The notes under the pieces were generated by a model, which was not told where the DNA came from, searched no databases, and worked only from the letters and a program-made list of their open reading frames with translations. From the NCBI RefSeq assembly GCF_003790525.1, contig NZ_CP033635.1: 64,000 bases of DNA, one strand, 5' to 3'. The DNA is from Escherichia coli. Its GTDB lineage: Bacteria; Pseudomonadota; Gammaproteobacteria; Enterobacterales; Enterobacteriaceae. Of the stretch, positions 10,071 to 20,212 are shown in pieces. Both the position numbers and the translations under genes were made by a program. Each line of letters opens with the position of its first letter. Position 1 is the stretch's first letter.

Positions 10071-11633
10071 ATGGAACGCACTCTTCCCTGGAAGCCCCTT
10101 CTTTGTTTGTTATTTCTTTTATCAACTGGCTGCGATAGAGCAGAAAAACAGAAAATTGCCGCACAGCTGCAACAAGACAAAGAAGCTATTTCCTCTGTCG
10201 TCAAAAAGAGTTATCGCGCATTATGTGGCCCTGAGTTTGTCACCAGCACAGATTCGCACGATCGCCTTGCGGAAATGCAGCAAGTATTTACACCTGCTTT
10301 AATGGAGCCTGTACTGAAATACTGGCAAGAGTCACCCAAAACGTGTAAACGACGTTTCCCCAGTTATAGCGATCCTTCAGCGACCTTCGTCGAAGGCGAC
10401 AAGGCGCAGATTGGTGCTTTTTTTGGTCACCAATCTTATATTGATATTCCAATGGAGTTAATCCGGCAAGGGGATGGTAAATGGAAGATTACTGCGATTG
10501 ATTTTGCATCGTTACACGAGTTTGAAAAAAACGGTCGGGTTACTGGTGAGGTGCAGAAGCAAATAGATTTGCTTAAAAAACGCTCATTCAAGCAACATAG
10601 GGATTCCCCTGTGCTGACGAGGACCGCGCCAGAGCGGGTCAGTAAGTCCCCTTTGACATCGATGGAGCAAACAGTTACGGAGCAAGACTCTTCCTGGCTG
10701 GATGTCTTACTGACAATAGGCAAATATGCCCTTTATCTGGTAGCGATAATACTTATTCTCGCCTTGGTGGCTGTTTTGTGGATTGGTTATGGCCTGGTGT
10801 TCGCCGGACATCGCCTTTTCAAAGCATCCTGTAGAGATCCCTCAATTCAAAAAATTCCTGTGGCTGAACGTTGGGCAATGGCAGTCGGCGCGCCTTATGC
10901 CATTGCGGGTAACAATCACTGGGCGCGACGAGTCGTTAATGATGATTCCGTGGAAGCAGAGAATGATTGCAAAAATGAAGTGGAGTCCCTTGCTGACATG
11001 TGGGGCGTCTTTGATCGGGATTCGTTACTTGAGCAACTCTTAGCTTTGTTTGTAGCAGGACATCGTCCAGTTTATGAAGAACAGATCAAAAACGATAGCG
11101 AAATGCCGGATGCTGAATATCGCGCGTTCGCTCAGCAATTAGCTCAGAACGCGAAATCAAGTAGCGAAGCGAAAGAGCGTTTGTGGCAGCTACAGATGGT
11201 CAGAAAAAATCGACGTAAAATATGCGATATAGATTTTTGTGCCTGGGATATGGTGCGTTTTGTCATGCTATGTAATAGCGGGGCGCAAGTGGGATACATT
11301 ACCCAGCGTGAAATGGTCGATTTTTCGATGCTGGCAGCCAGACGCGTACAGCAACATTACAGAAGCTGGCGCGAATTGGCCGGGCATTTTTTGCTGGCCC
11401 GTTGGTACTGGAAAGCAACGGATAAACGGCACCTGATTACCCATATTCTTTTTAAGAAAGCCATTACATCTTTATTAGAAGAGCAGGGGAGTCCGTGGCG
11501 TACTTTACCCTGGGATACTCCATTACCTGAAGGAACAGAGACGGCTTTTGCCTGGGCTTGTGGCGTAAGCACTGCCGATGTCGTAGAGGTGCGATCGGAT
11601 ACACCAGATAAAGCAATCTACGAAGCGAATTGA
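10071..11633 (+). CDS. hypothetical lipoprotein/membrane protein (520 aa): lipobox N-terminal domain, one TM helix, Trp-rich C-terminal domain (possibly DUF1266-like)
   Basis: N-terminus MERTLPWKPLLCLLFLLSTGC (lipobox LSTGC); hydrophobic helix YALYLVAIILILALVAVLWIGYGLVFAG mid-protein; AT-rich coding sequence; not recalled at this position in K-12. Confidence 0.7.
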   Translation: MERTLPWKPLLCLLFLLSTGCDRAEKQKIAAQLQQDKEAISSVVKKSYRALCGPEFVTSTDSHDRLAEMQQVFTPALMEPVLKYWQESPKTCKRRFPSYSDPSATFVEGDKAQIGAFFGHQSYIDIPMELIRQGDGKWKITAIDFASLHEFEKNGRVTGEVQKQIDLLKKRSFKQHRDSPVLTRTAPERVSKSPLTSMEQTVTEQDSSWLDVLLTIGKYALYLVAIILILALVAVLWIGYGLVFAGHRLFKASCRDPSIQKIPVAERWAMAVGAPYAIAGNNHWARRVVNDDSVEAENDCKNEVESLADMWGVFDRDSLLEQLLALFVAGHRPVYEEQIKNDSEMPDAEYRAFAQQLAQNAKSSSEAKERLWQLQMVRKNRRKICDIDFCAWDMVRFVMLCNSGAQVGYITQREMVDFSMLAARRVQQHYRSWRELAGHFLLARWYWKATDKRHLITHILFKKAITSLLEEQGSPWRTLPWDTPLPEGTETAFAWACGVSTADVVEVRSDTPDKAIYEAN

Positions 11634-11680
11634 TGCCCCAAATGATTGAGCTTGTTTAATGACTGTGACCGGCTCTGAAT

Positions 11681-11712
11681 GAAAATTTCTCCGACATTCC
11701 TGTCGGAGAAAT
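11681..11712. terminator. bidirectional hairpin between convergent 520-aa ORF and loiP
   Basis: Inverted repeat ttctccgaca/tgtcggagaa with U-rich flank on minus strand. Confidence 0.5.
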
Positions 11713-11718
11713 ATGAAA

Positions 11719-12477
11719 TCACTTTATCCCATCCGCGCTCATACGATCGCGAATATGCTGGGCGCGTTCGGCGGATGCTGGATGGTCGTCAAACATTGAG
11801 CTTTGACGGCCTTCTTCCAGTTTTGCCAGTTTTTCAAAGCTGGTGGCAAGACCTGCCGGGCTGATGCCGCGTTGGCGCAGAAGATCGTAAGAATAATCAT
11901 CGGCTTCTGCTTCCTGGCGCTGGGAGAATTGCGAATTAACTAATTTCTCGCCCAGATCACCGAGTTGTGATTGAGATAAACTGCCGACAATCCCGCCCGC
12001 AGAGGCCGCAGCTACTCGTACGGCATTTGTACCAAGTGCCACCTGCATCCCTTTCTTCACATGGCCTAACGCTACGTGCCCCATCTCGTGACCGATCACC
12101 GCTTCGACTTCGTTATCTGTCATCATATCCATCAGCCCGCTATAGACGCGGATACAGCCGTTAGCCATTGCAAAGGCGTTCACATCCTTCGCCATATACA
12201 CTTTGTAATTCACCGGCTGACCGTTGATATTGTTGCCTAGCGCATTGGCAATAGTTGTCAGACGTTTAGCGTATTCGCTATTGGTTGGCGCAATCGTCGC
12301 CTTGCTGTCCATCTCCTGACATGCCTGATCGCTCAGGGTTTTCACCTGCGCATCACTCAAACTGTAAGCCTGAAAAGCTTCCGCTCCTGATGAGAGCAGT
12401 CCGTTGGAGTCCATATTCTGGCAACCGGTCAGTACCGTTGCCACGCTCATTGCTACCAATAAGGCGCGAATTTTCAT
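11719..12477 (-). CDS. loiP: outer-membrane M48 metalloprotease lipoprotein LoiP (YggG)
   Basis: ORF 11719..12696; internal start MKIRALLVAMSVATVLTGCQN (lipobox) and HEMGH zinc motif; 252 aa. Confidence 0.9.
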   Translation of the reverse strand: MKIRALLVAMSVATVLTGCQNMDSNGLLSSGAEAFQAYSLSDAQVKTLSDQACQEMDSKATIAPTNSEYAKRLTTIANALGNNINGQPVNYKVYMAKDVNAFAMANGCIRVYSGLMDMMTDNEVEAVIGHEMGHVALGHVKKGMQVALGTNAVRVAAASAGGIVGSLSQSQLGDLGEKLVNSQFSQRQEAEADDYSYDLLRQRGISPAGLATSFEKLAKLEEGRQSSMFDDHPASAERAQHIRDRMSADGIK

Positions 12478-12754
12478 GTTTTCTCTTCCGCACAAGGTCA
12501 GGATTATTCTAAAAATGCGCCGTTTGCAGGTGAATCGACGCTCAGTCTCAGTATAAGGAAAAGCGCAGCGGACGGGCGAGCAGATTGCGCAACATGCGAG
12601 CATGATCCAGAGATTTCTGAAGCGGCAAAAGGATGTTCCATGTACATGACGCGCGGCTTGCGGTAAATTGTTGGCAAATTTTCCGGCGTAGCCCAAAACG
12701 CGCTGTCGTCAAGTCGTTAAGGGCGTGCCCTTCATCATCCGATCTGGAGTCAAA

Positions 12755-14746
12755 ATGTCCTCACGTAAAGAGCTTGCCAATGCTATTCGTGCGCTGAGCA
12801 TGGACGCAGTACAGAAAGCCAAATCCGGTCACCCGGGTGCCCCTATGGGTATGGCTGACATTGCCGAAGTCCTGTGGCGTGATTTCCTGAAACACAACCC
12901 GCAGAATCCGTCCTGGGCTGACCGTGACCGCTTCGTGCTGTCCAACGGCCACGGCTCCATGCTGATCTACAGCCTGCTGCACCTCACCGGTTACGATCTG
13001 CCGATGGAAGAACTGAAAAACTTCCGTCAACTGCATTCCAAAACGCCGGGCCACCCGGAAGTGGGCTACACCGCAGGTGTGGAAACCACTACTGGTCCGC
13101 TGGGTCAGGGTATTGCCAACGCAGTCGGTATGGCGATTGCAGAAAAAACGCTGGCGGCGCAGTTTAACCGTCCGGGCCACGACATTGTCGACCACTACAC
13201 CTACGCCTTCATGGGTGACGGCTGCATGATGGAAGGCATCTCCCACGAAGTTTGCTCTCTGGCGGGTACGCTGAAGCTGGGTAAACTGATTGCGTTCTAC
13301 GATGACAACGGTATCTCTATCGATGGTCACGTTGAAGGCTGGTTCACCGACGACACCGCAATGCGTTTCGAAGCTTACGGCTGGCACGTTATTCGCGGCA
13401 TCGACGGTCATGACGCGGCATCCATCAAACGCGCAGTAGAAGAAGCGCGCGCAGTGACTGACAAACCGTCCCTGCTGATGTGCAAAACCATCATCGGTTT
13501 CGGTTCACCGAACAAAGCCGGTACCCACGACTCCCACGGTGCGCCGCTGGGCGACGCTGAAATTGCCCTTACCCGCGAACAGCTGGGCTGGAAATATGCA
13601 CCGTTCGAAATCCCGTCTGAAATCTATGCTCAGTGGGATGCGAAAGAAGCAGGCCAGGCGAAAGAATCCGCATGGAACGAGAAATTCGCTGCTTACGCGA
13701 AAGCTTATCCGCAGGAAGCCGCTGAATTTACCCGCCGTATGAAAGGCGAAATGCCGTCTGACTTCGATGCCAAAGCGAAAGAATTCATCGCTAAACTGCA
13801 GGCTAATCCGGCGAAAATCGCCAGCCGTAAAGCGTCTCAGAATGCGATTGAAGCGTTCGGCCCGCTGTTGCCGGAATTCCTCGGCGGCTCTGCTGACCTG
13901 GCACCGTCTAACCTGACCCTGTGGTCTGGTTCTAAAGCAATCAACGAAGATGCTGCGGGTAACTACATCCACTACGGTGTTCGCGAGTTCGGTATGACCG
14001 CGATTGCTAACGGTATCTCCCTGCACGGTGGCTTCCTGCCGTACACCTCCACCTTCCTGATGTTCGTGGAATACGCACGTAACGCCGTACGTATGGCTGC
14101 GCTGATGAAACAGCGTCAGGTGATGGTTTACACCCACGACTCCATCGGTCTGGGCGAAGATGGCCCGACTCACCAGCCGGTTGAGCAGGTCGCTTCACTG
14201 CGCGTGACCCCGAACATGTCCACATGGCGTCCGTGTGACCAGGTTGAATCCGCGGTCGCGTGGAAATACGGCGTTGAGCGTCAGGACGGCCCGACTGCGC
14301 TTATCCTCTCCCGTCAGAACCTGGCGCAGCAGGAACGTACTGAAGAGCAGCTGGCAAACATCGCGCGCGGTGGTTATGTGCTGAAAGACTGTGCCGGTCA
14401 GCCGGAACTGATCTTCATCGCGACCGGTTCTGAAGTTGAACTGGCGGTTGCTGCCTACGAAAAACTGACTGCTGAAGGCGTGAAAGCGCGCGTGGTTTCC
14501 ATGCCGTCTACCGACGCGTTCGACAAGCAGGATGCGGCTTACCGTGAGTCTGTACTGCCGAAAGCGGTTACTGCACGCGTTGCGGTGGAAGCGGGTATTG
14601 CTGACTACTGGTACAAGTATGTTGGCCTGAACGGTGCTATCGTCGGCATGACCACCTTCGGTGAATCTGCTCCGGCAGAGCTGCTGTTTGAAGAGTTCGG
14701 CTTCACCGTTGACAACGTTGTTGCGAAAGCAAAAGAACTGCTGTAA
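12755..14746 (+). CDS. tktA: transketolase 1
   Basis: ORF 12725..14746; [41 protein letters not shown] matches TktA. Confidence 0.95.
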   Translation: MSSRKELANAIRALSMDAVQKAKSGHPGAPMGMADIAEVLWRDFLKHNPQNPSWADRDRFVLSNGHGSMLIYSLLHLTGYDLPMEELKNFRQLHSKTPGHPEVGYTAGVETTTGPLGQGIANAVGMAIAEKTLAAQFNRPGHDIVDHYTYAFMGDGCMMEGISHEVCSLAGTLKLGKLIAFYDDNGISIDGHVEGWFTDDTAMRFEAYGWHVIRGIDGHDAASIKRAVEEARAVTDKPSLLMCKTIIGFGSPNKAGTHDSHGAPLGDAEIALTREQLGWKYAPFEIPSEIYAQWDAKEAGQAKESAWNEKFAAYAKAYPQEAAEFTRRMKGEMPSDFDAKAKEFIAKLQANPAKIASRKASQNAIEAFGPLLPEFLGGSADLAPSNLTLWSGSKAINEDAAGNYIHYGVREFGMTAIANGISLHGGFLPYTSTFLMFVEYARNAVRMAALMKQRQVMVYTHDSIGLGEDGPTHQPVEQVASLRVTPNMSTWRPCDQVESAVAWKYGVERQDGPTALILSRQNLAQQERTEEQLANIARGGYVLKDCAGQPELIFIATGSEVELAVAAYEKLTAEGVKARVVSMPSTDAFDKQDAAYRESVLPKAVTARVAVEAGIADYWYKYVGLNGAIVGMTTFGESAPAELLFEEFGFTVDNVVAKAKELL

Positions 14747-14767
14747 TCGGTAAGATACTTTGTGAGA

Positions 14768-14793
14768 AGGGCCGCGAAAGCGGCCCTTTTTTT
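14768..14793. terminator. tktA intrinsic terminator (bidirectional, abuts SPFH gene stop)
   Basis: gggccgc-gaaa-gcggccc followed by ttttttt. Confidence 0.7.
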
Positions 14794-15700
14794 ACTTAGT
14801 AGAGATAAACGGAACTGTGCTGCCGGGGATCATGGTATCGGGCAGTTTACCGTCCCAACGTTCGGCAGTGGTGAGGGCTACAAGTCCGGGATTATCCCGC
14901 AGAGCTTCACCGCGCAGGCGGATCGCTTCTGCTTCAGCCGCACTTTTTAAACGAATAGTTTCAGCCTCTGCCGCGCCTCTTACGCGAATAGTTTCCGCTT
15001 CTGCTTTAGCTGCCGCCAGTTTACTGTCTGCTTCTGCCTGGGCCTGAGTTACCGCTATTTGCGCCTGGATTTTCTCTGTTTCCAGATTTTGCTTACGCGT
15101 GGCAATGGCGACTTCTGCTTTCATTCGGTCTTCAATCGACTTTTCATAAGCGTCAGAAAAATCAATATTTTCAATCTGGACCCCGTCAATTACCACTGGC
15201 CCAACAACGGCTTTGCGCATGGCATTTTGCAGATCCTGAACCAGTTTTGTACGATCCTGTACAGCGCTGATGGCGGTATATTGGCCGAAAACGTTCTCCA
15301 GTTGAGTTGGCAACTGACGGACAATCAGACGATCTTTTAATGCTTCAATGGTGTTGTAGGTGGTATAAACCGCGCCTGCTTCTGAAGGTTTAATGTGGAA
15401 GCTGACTGATACTGTCATTTGTGCCGGTTGCTGGTCGCGGCTGTAGGCCTGTAATCCCTGATAGACCACAGCCTGATTACGCGTGGAAATTTTCTCCACG
15501 CTTTCCATAAACGGGATCTTAAAACCCAGACCCGGCTCGGCAACTTTTACGATTTTTCCGTAGCGCAGCAAAATGCCGCGTTCACCTTCATTAACGGTGT
15601 AATACGAGAGAAATGGCAGCACAACCACGGCAAGCACGCCAATGGCGATAGCAAGAGATTTTTGTGGGCGAAATGAGGTTAATGAAACAGGTGCTTTCAT
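14792..15700 (-). CDS. SPFH/band-7 (prohibitin/HflC-like) membrane protein with C-terminal coiled-coil repeats; not recalled in K-12 between tktA and cmtB
   Basis: N-terminal TM helix LAIAIGVLAVVVLPF, SPFH-like core, C-terminal AEAETIR(V/L)RG repeats and ERWDGKLP motif; SD aggaag upstream of ATG 15700. Confidence 0.7.
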   Translation of the reverse strand: MKAPVSLTSFRPQKSLAIAIGVLAVVVLPFLSYYTVNEGERGILLRYGKIVKVAEPGLGFKIPFMESVEKISTRNQAVVYQGLQAYSRDQQPAQMTVSVSFHIKPSEAGAVYTTYNTIEALKDRLIVRQLPTQLENVFGQYTAISAVQDRTKLVQDLQNAMRKAVVGPVVIDGVQIENIDFSDAYEKSIEDRMKAEVAIATRKQNLETEKIQAQIAVTQAQAEADSKLAAAKAEAETIRVRGAAEAETIRLKSAAEAEAIRLRGEALRDNPGLVALTTAERWDGKLPDTMIPGSTVPFISTK

Positions 15701-16077
15701 GACAATCTTCCTTGAGTAAAGTGTGGGAATATGTCACATGAGATGAGGAGAAAACAGCCGACAGGTGAGAATTCAGAATCTATAAAGGGGTATAGCGAAA
15801 AAACATTGCTTTAAAAAAGTATGTTTTCGGACATTCAATAAATAAATGGCGATATGCATCACAAATACAACAATAATCAAAATGTTGATTTTGTGATAAA
15901 CGTAACAAATACAAAGTTGACTTTAAAAATATCAACTTCATGTTGTTATTATTTAAGGTTTTATTATTTTTGTTCATGGGGTTTTTCTTCTCGCGTACCC
16001 AATTGCTTTCATTAAACCGCACGAGTATTTTATTTTTACCGCCGGACGGTACCCTAAAAATAAAATAAGGATAATTT

Positions 16078-16521
16078 ATGCGGCTTAGTGATTATTTTCC
16101 AGAATCATCAATCTCAGTTATACATTCAGCAAAAGATTGGCAGGAAGCTATCGATTTCTCGATGGTATCATTGCTGGATAAAAACTATATCAGCGAGAAT
16201 TACATTCAGGCAATTAAAGATTCCACCATTAACAATGGCCCTTATTATATTCTCGCACCAGGCGTGGCAATGCCTCATGCGCGACCGGAATGTGGGGCGC
16301 TTAATACCGGGATGTCTTTGACATTACTTGAACAAGGTGTTTATTTTCCGGGGAATGACGAACCTATTAAATTACTCATCGGACTCTCTGCTGCCGATGC
16401 CGATTCGCACATTGGCGCTATTCAGGCGTTAAGTGAATTACTGTGCGAAGAAGAAATACTCGAACAACTCTTAACAGCATCATCAGAAAAACAATTAGCG
16501 GACATTATCAGCCGCGGATAA
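16078..16521 (+). CDS. cmtB: PTS mannitol-type EIIA component (cryptic)
   Basis: 147-aa ORF with PTS EIIA-2 fold signature (GVAMPHA); followed by cmtA. Confidence 0.85.
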   Translation: MRLSDYFPESSISVIHSAKDWQEAIDFSMVSLLDKNYISENYIQAIKDSTINNGPYYILAPGVAMPHARPECGALNTGMSLTLLEQGVYFPGNDEPIKLLIGLSAADADSHIGAIQALSELLCEEEILEQLLTASSEKQLADIISRG

Positions 16522-16548
16522 TTACTCTCTCCTCTACAGGATAATATT

Positions 16549-17937
16549 ATGGAAAACAAGTCTGCTCGTGCAAAGGTCCAGGCTTTTGGGGGCTTTTTGA
16601 CTGCAATGGTCATCCCCAATATTGGTGCTTTTATTGCCTGGGGTTTTATTACTGCATTATTTATTCCTACTGGTTGGCTGCCTAACGAACATTTCGCCAA
16701 AATTGTCGGCCCGATGATTACCTATTTATTGCCCGTGATGATTGGTTCTACCGGTGGCCATTTAGTCGGCGGTAAACGCGGCGCGGTCATGGGCGGAATA
16801 GGTACTATTGGTGTGATCGTCGGCGCAGAGATCCCGATGTTCCTTGGCTCAATGATTATGGGGCCGCTCGGTGGGCTGGTCATAAAATATGTCGATAAGG
16901 CACTGGAAAAACGCATACCTGCTGGTTTTGAGATGGTTATCAATAACTTCTCATTAGGTATCGCGGGGATGCTCCTTTGTCTGCTGGGTTTTGAAGTGAT
17001 CGGCCCGGCGGTGTTAATTGCCAATACTTTCGTCAAAGAGTGTATTGAGGCGCTGGTACATGCGGGTTATCTGCCTCTGCTGTCAGTCATCAATGAACCG
17101 GCGAAAGTGCTTTTCCTTAATAATGCGATCGATCAGGGCGTCTATTATCCGCTGGGAATGCAACAGGCTTCGGTTAACGGTAAATCCATCTTCTTTATGG
17201 TGGCCTCTAACCCAGGTCCGGGCCTGGGGCTGCTGCTGGCGTTTACCTTGTTTGGTAAAGGGATGAGTAAACGTTCTGCGCCCGGGGCGATGATTATTCA
17301 CTTCCTCGGTGGGATCCACGAACTGTATTTCCCGTATGTGCTGATGAAGCCGCTGACCATTATTGCCATGATTGCAGGCGGTATGTCTGGCACCTGGATA
17401 TTTAACTTACTGGACGGTGGTCTGGTGGCTGGCCCAAGTCCGGGGTCTATCTTTGCGTACCTGGCACTGACGCCGAAAGGCTCGTTCCTGGCGACAATTG
17501 CTGGTGTTACGGTAGGTACCCTGGTGTCCTTTGCTATCACTTCGCTGATACTGAAGATGGAAAAAACGGTGGAAACGGAGAGCGAAGATGAGTTTGCTCA
17601 GTCAGCCAATGCGGTTAAGGCGATGAAACAAGAGGGTGCATTCTCGCTAAGCAGAGTTAAGCGTATCGCCTTTGTTTGCGATGCGGGGATGGGCTCCAGT
17701 GCGATGGGCGCGACGACCTTCCGTAAACGCCTGGAAAAAGCGGGGCTGCCAATTGAAGTAAAACATTACGCGATAGAAAACGTGCCTGCGGATGCGGATA
17801 TCGTCGTTACTCATGCCAGTCTGGAAGGGCGCGTGAAACGTGTGACGGATAAACCGCTGATATTGATTAATAACTATATTGGCGATCCAAAACTCGACAC
17901 TTTATTTAATCAATTAACCGCCGAACATAAACACTGA
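16549..17937 (+). CDS. cmtA: PTS mannitol-type EIICB component (cryptic)
   Basis: 462-aa polytopic membrane protein with C-terminal EIIB domain (CDAGMGSSAMG). Confidence 0.85.
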   Translation: MENKSARAKVQAFGGFLTAMVIPNIGAFIAWGFITALFIPTGWLPNEHFAKIVGPMITYLLPVMIGSTGGHLVGGKRGAVMGGIGTIGVIVGAEIPMFLGSMIMGPLGGLVIKYVDKALEKRIPAGFEMVINNFSLGIAGMLLCLLGFEVIGPAVLIANTFVKECIEALVHAGYLPLLSVINEPAKVLFLNNAIDQGVYYPLGMQQASVNGKSIFFMVASNPGPGLGLLLAFTLFGKGMSKRSAPGAMIIHFLGGIHELYFPYVLMKPLTIIAMIAGGMSGTWIFNLLDGGLVAGPSPGSIFAYLALTPKGSFLATIAGVTVGTLVSFAITSLILKMEKTVETESEDEFAQSANAVKAMKQEGAFSLSRVKRIAFVCDAGMGSSAMGATTFRKRLEKAGLPIEVKHYAIENVPADADIVVTHASLEGRVKRVTDKPLILINNYIGDPKLDTLFNQLTAEHKH

Positions 17938-17951
17938 TTACAGAGGTAAAA

Positions 17952-19229
17952 ATGAAAACCAAAGTTGCTGCTATTTATGGCAAGCGGGATGTCCGTCTGC
18001 GCGAATTTGAACTGCCAGAAATTACCGATAATGAACTGTTAGTGAGTGTAATTTCTGACAGCGTCTGTTTATCGACCTGGAAAGCGGCGTTGCTTGGTAG
18101 TGAACATAAACGCGTACCCGACGATTTAGAAAATCATCCGGTCATTACCGGGCATGAATGTGCCGGGGTTATTGTTGAAGTGGGTAAAAATCTCACCGAC
18201 AAATATAAAAAAGGCCAGCGTTTTGTATTGCAACCGGCGATGGGGTTACCAAGCGGATATTCAGCGGGCTACAGCTACGAATATTTTGGCGGTAACGCCA
18301 CCTATATGATTATTCCCGAGATCGCCATTAACCTGGGCTGCGTATTACCCTATCACGGCTCTTATTTTGCTGCGGCGTCGCTGGCAGAGCCTATGTGCTG
18401 CATTATTGGCGCTTATCATGCCAATTATCACACTACGCAATATGTTTATGAGCATCGCATGGGCGTCAAACCTGGCGGCAATATTGCGCTGCTGGCGTGT
18501 GCAGGTCCGATGGGCATTGGCGCTATCGATTACGCCATTAACGGCGGTATACAACCGTCGCGGGTGGTGGTGGTCGATATCGACGACAAACGGCTGGCGC
18601 AGGTAGAGAAGCTGCTGCCGGTGGAACTGGCGGCCAGTAAAGGCATTGAGCTGGTGTATGTGAATACCAAAGGGATGAGCGATCCGGTACAGATGCTGCG
18701 GGCGCTGACGGATGATGCCGGATTTGATGACGTATTTGTCTATGCAGCGGTGCCTTCAGTCGTCGAGATGGCTGATGAATTACTGGCGGAAGATGGCTGC
18801 ATGAACTTCTTTGCCGGGCCAACGGATAAAAACTTCAAAGTGCCGTTTAATTTCTACAACGTCCATTACAACAGCACGCACGTCGTCGGTACATCTGGCG
18901 GTTCAACGGACGACATGAAAGAGGCGATTACCCTTAGCGCCACGGGACAGTTACAGCCGTCGTTTATGGTGACCCATATTGGTGGCCTTGATGCGGTGCC
19001 AGAAACCGTGCTCAATCTGCCGGATATCCCAGGCGGTAAAAAACTCATTTATAACGGCGTGACCATGCCGCTCACTGCCATTGCCGATTTTGCCGAAAAA
19101 GGCAAAACCGATCCGCTGTTTAAAGAGTTGGCGCGGCTGGTTGAGGAAACGCACGGCATCTGGAATGAGCAGGCCGAGAAATATCTGCTGGCGCAATTTG
19201 GCGTTGATATCGGGGAGGCCGCGCAATGA
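17952..19229 (+). CDS. yggP: zinc-dependent alcohol/polyol dehydrogenase family protein
   Basis: 425-aa ORF MKTKVAAIYGKRDVRLREFELPEI...; MDR-family features (GHECAG). Confidence 0.8.
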   Translation: MKTKVAAIYGKRDVRLREFELPEITDNELLVSVISDSVCLSTWKAALLGSEHKRVPDDLENHPVITGHECAGVIVEVGKNLTDKYKKGQRFVLQPAMGLPSGYSAGYSYEYFGGNATYMIIPEIAINLGCVLPYHGSYFAAASLAEPMCCIIGAYHANYHTTQYVYEHRMGVKPGGNIALLACAGPMGIGAIDYAINGGIQPSRVVVVDIDDKRLAQVEKLLPVELAASKGIELVYVNTKGMSDPVQMLRALTDDAGFDDVFVYAAVPSVVEMADELLAEDGCMNFFAGPTDKNFKVPFNFYNVHYNSTHVVGTSGGSTDDMKEAITLSATGQLQPSFMVTHIGGLDAVPETVLNLPDIPGGKKLIYNGVTMPLTAIADFAEKGKTDPLFKELARLVEETHGIWNEQAEKYLLAQFGVDIGEAAQ

Positions 19230-20191
19230 TGTCCCTGGCGTGGCCATTATTTCGCGTTACGGAACAGGCAGCGTTGGCTGCCTGGCCGCAAATCGGATGT
19301 GGCGACAAAAATAAAATTGATGGCCTGGCGGTCACCGCGATGCGCCAGGCATTAAACGACGTCGCTTTTCGTGGGCGAGTGGTTATCGGCGAGGGAGAGA
19401 TTGACCATGCGCCGATGCTGTGGATTGGCGAAGAGGTGGGCAAAGGCGATGGGCCAGAAGTCGATATCGCGGTTGATCCGATTGAAGGCACCAGGATGGT
19501 GGCGATGGGGCAGAGCAATGCGCTGGCAGTCATGGCCTTCGCCCCACGAGGCAGCCTGCTACACGCTCCCGATATGTATATGAAAAAACTGGTTGTTAAT
19601 CGGCTGGCGGCGGGCGCGATTGATCTGTCTTTGCCACTGGTGGACAACCTGCGCAACGTGGCGAAAGCGTTAGGCAAACCGCTGGACAAGCTGCGCATGG
19701 TTACGCTGGATAAACCGCGCCTGAGTGCCGCGATTGAAGAAGCAACACAGCTGGGCGTGAAGGTTTTCGCTCTGCCGGATGGCGATGTCGCCGCCAGCGT
19801 GCTGACCTGCTGGCAGGATAATCCTTACGATGTGATGTACACCATCGGCGGTGCGCCAGAAGGCGTGATTTCTGCCTGTGCCGTTAAAGCATTAGGCGGG
19901 GATATGCAGGCCGAGCTGATTGACTTTTGTCAGGCTAAAGGGGATTACACGGAAAATCGGCAGATTGCAGAGCAGGAGCGCAAGCGTTGCAAGGCAATGG
20001 GCGTTGACGTTAACCGTGTGTACTCGCTCGATGAACTGGTGAGGGGGAACGATATCCTCTTTAGCGCTACGGGCGTGACGGGTGGCGAGTTGGTGAACGG
20101 TATCCAACAGACGGCGAATGGGGTGCGGACGCAGACATTACTGATCGGCGGCGCGGACCAAACGTGTAATATAATAGACTCCCTGCATTGA
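19226..20191 (+). CDS. yggF: class II fructose-1,6-bisphosphatase (GlpX-like)
   Basis: 321-aa ORF with GlpX-like motifs; start overlaps yggP stop. Confidence 0.85.
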   Translation: MMSLAWPLFRVTEQAALAAWPQIGCGDKNKIDGLAVTAMRQALNDVAFRGRVVIGEGEIDHAPMLWIGEEVGKGDGPEVDIAVDPIEGTRMVAMGQSNALAVMAFAPRGSLLHAPDMYMKKLVVNRLAAGAIDLSLPLVDNLRNVAKALGKPLDKLRMVTLDKPRLSAAIEEATQLGVKVFALPDGDVAASVLTCWQDNPYDVMYTIGGAPEGVISACAVKALGGDMQAELIDFCQAKGDYTENRQIAEQERKRCKAMGVDVNRVYSLDELVRGNDILFSATGVTGGELVNGIQQTANGVRTQTLLIGGADQTCNIIDSLH

Positions 20192-20212
20192 TGGTGATCT
20201 ATCGGAAGACGA

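Noticed and set aside
14890-15010. 33-bp tandem direct repeats considered as a possible CRISPR-like or VNTR array
   Set aside because: Repeats are in-frame within the SPFH ORF and encode a coiled-coil heptad/undecad pattern; no spacers and no cas genes.
15780-16022. 80-aa ORF in AT-rich spacer upstream of cmtB
   Set aside because: Asn/Lys-rich low-complexity product from AT-rich DNA; no RBS; likely promoter region.
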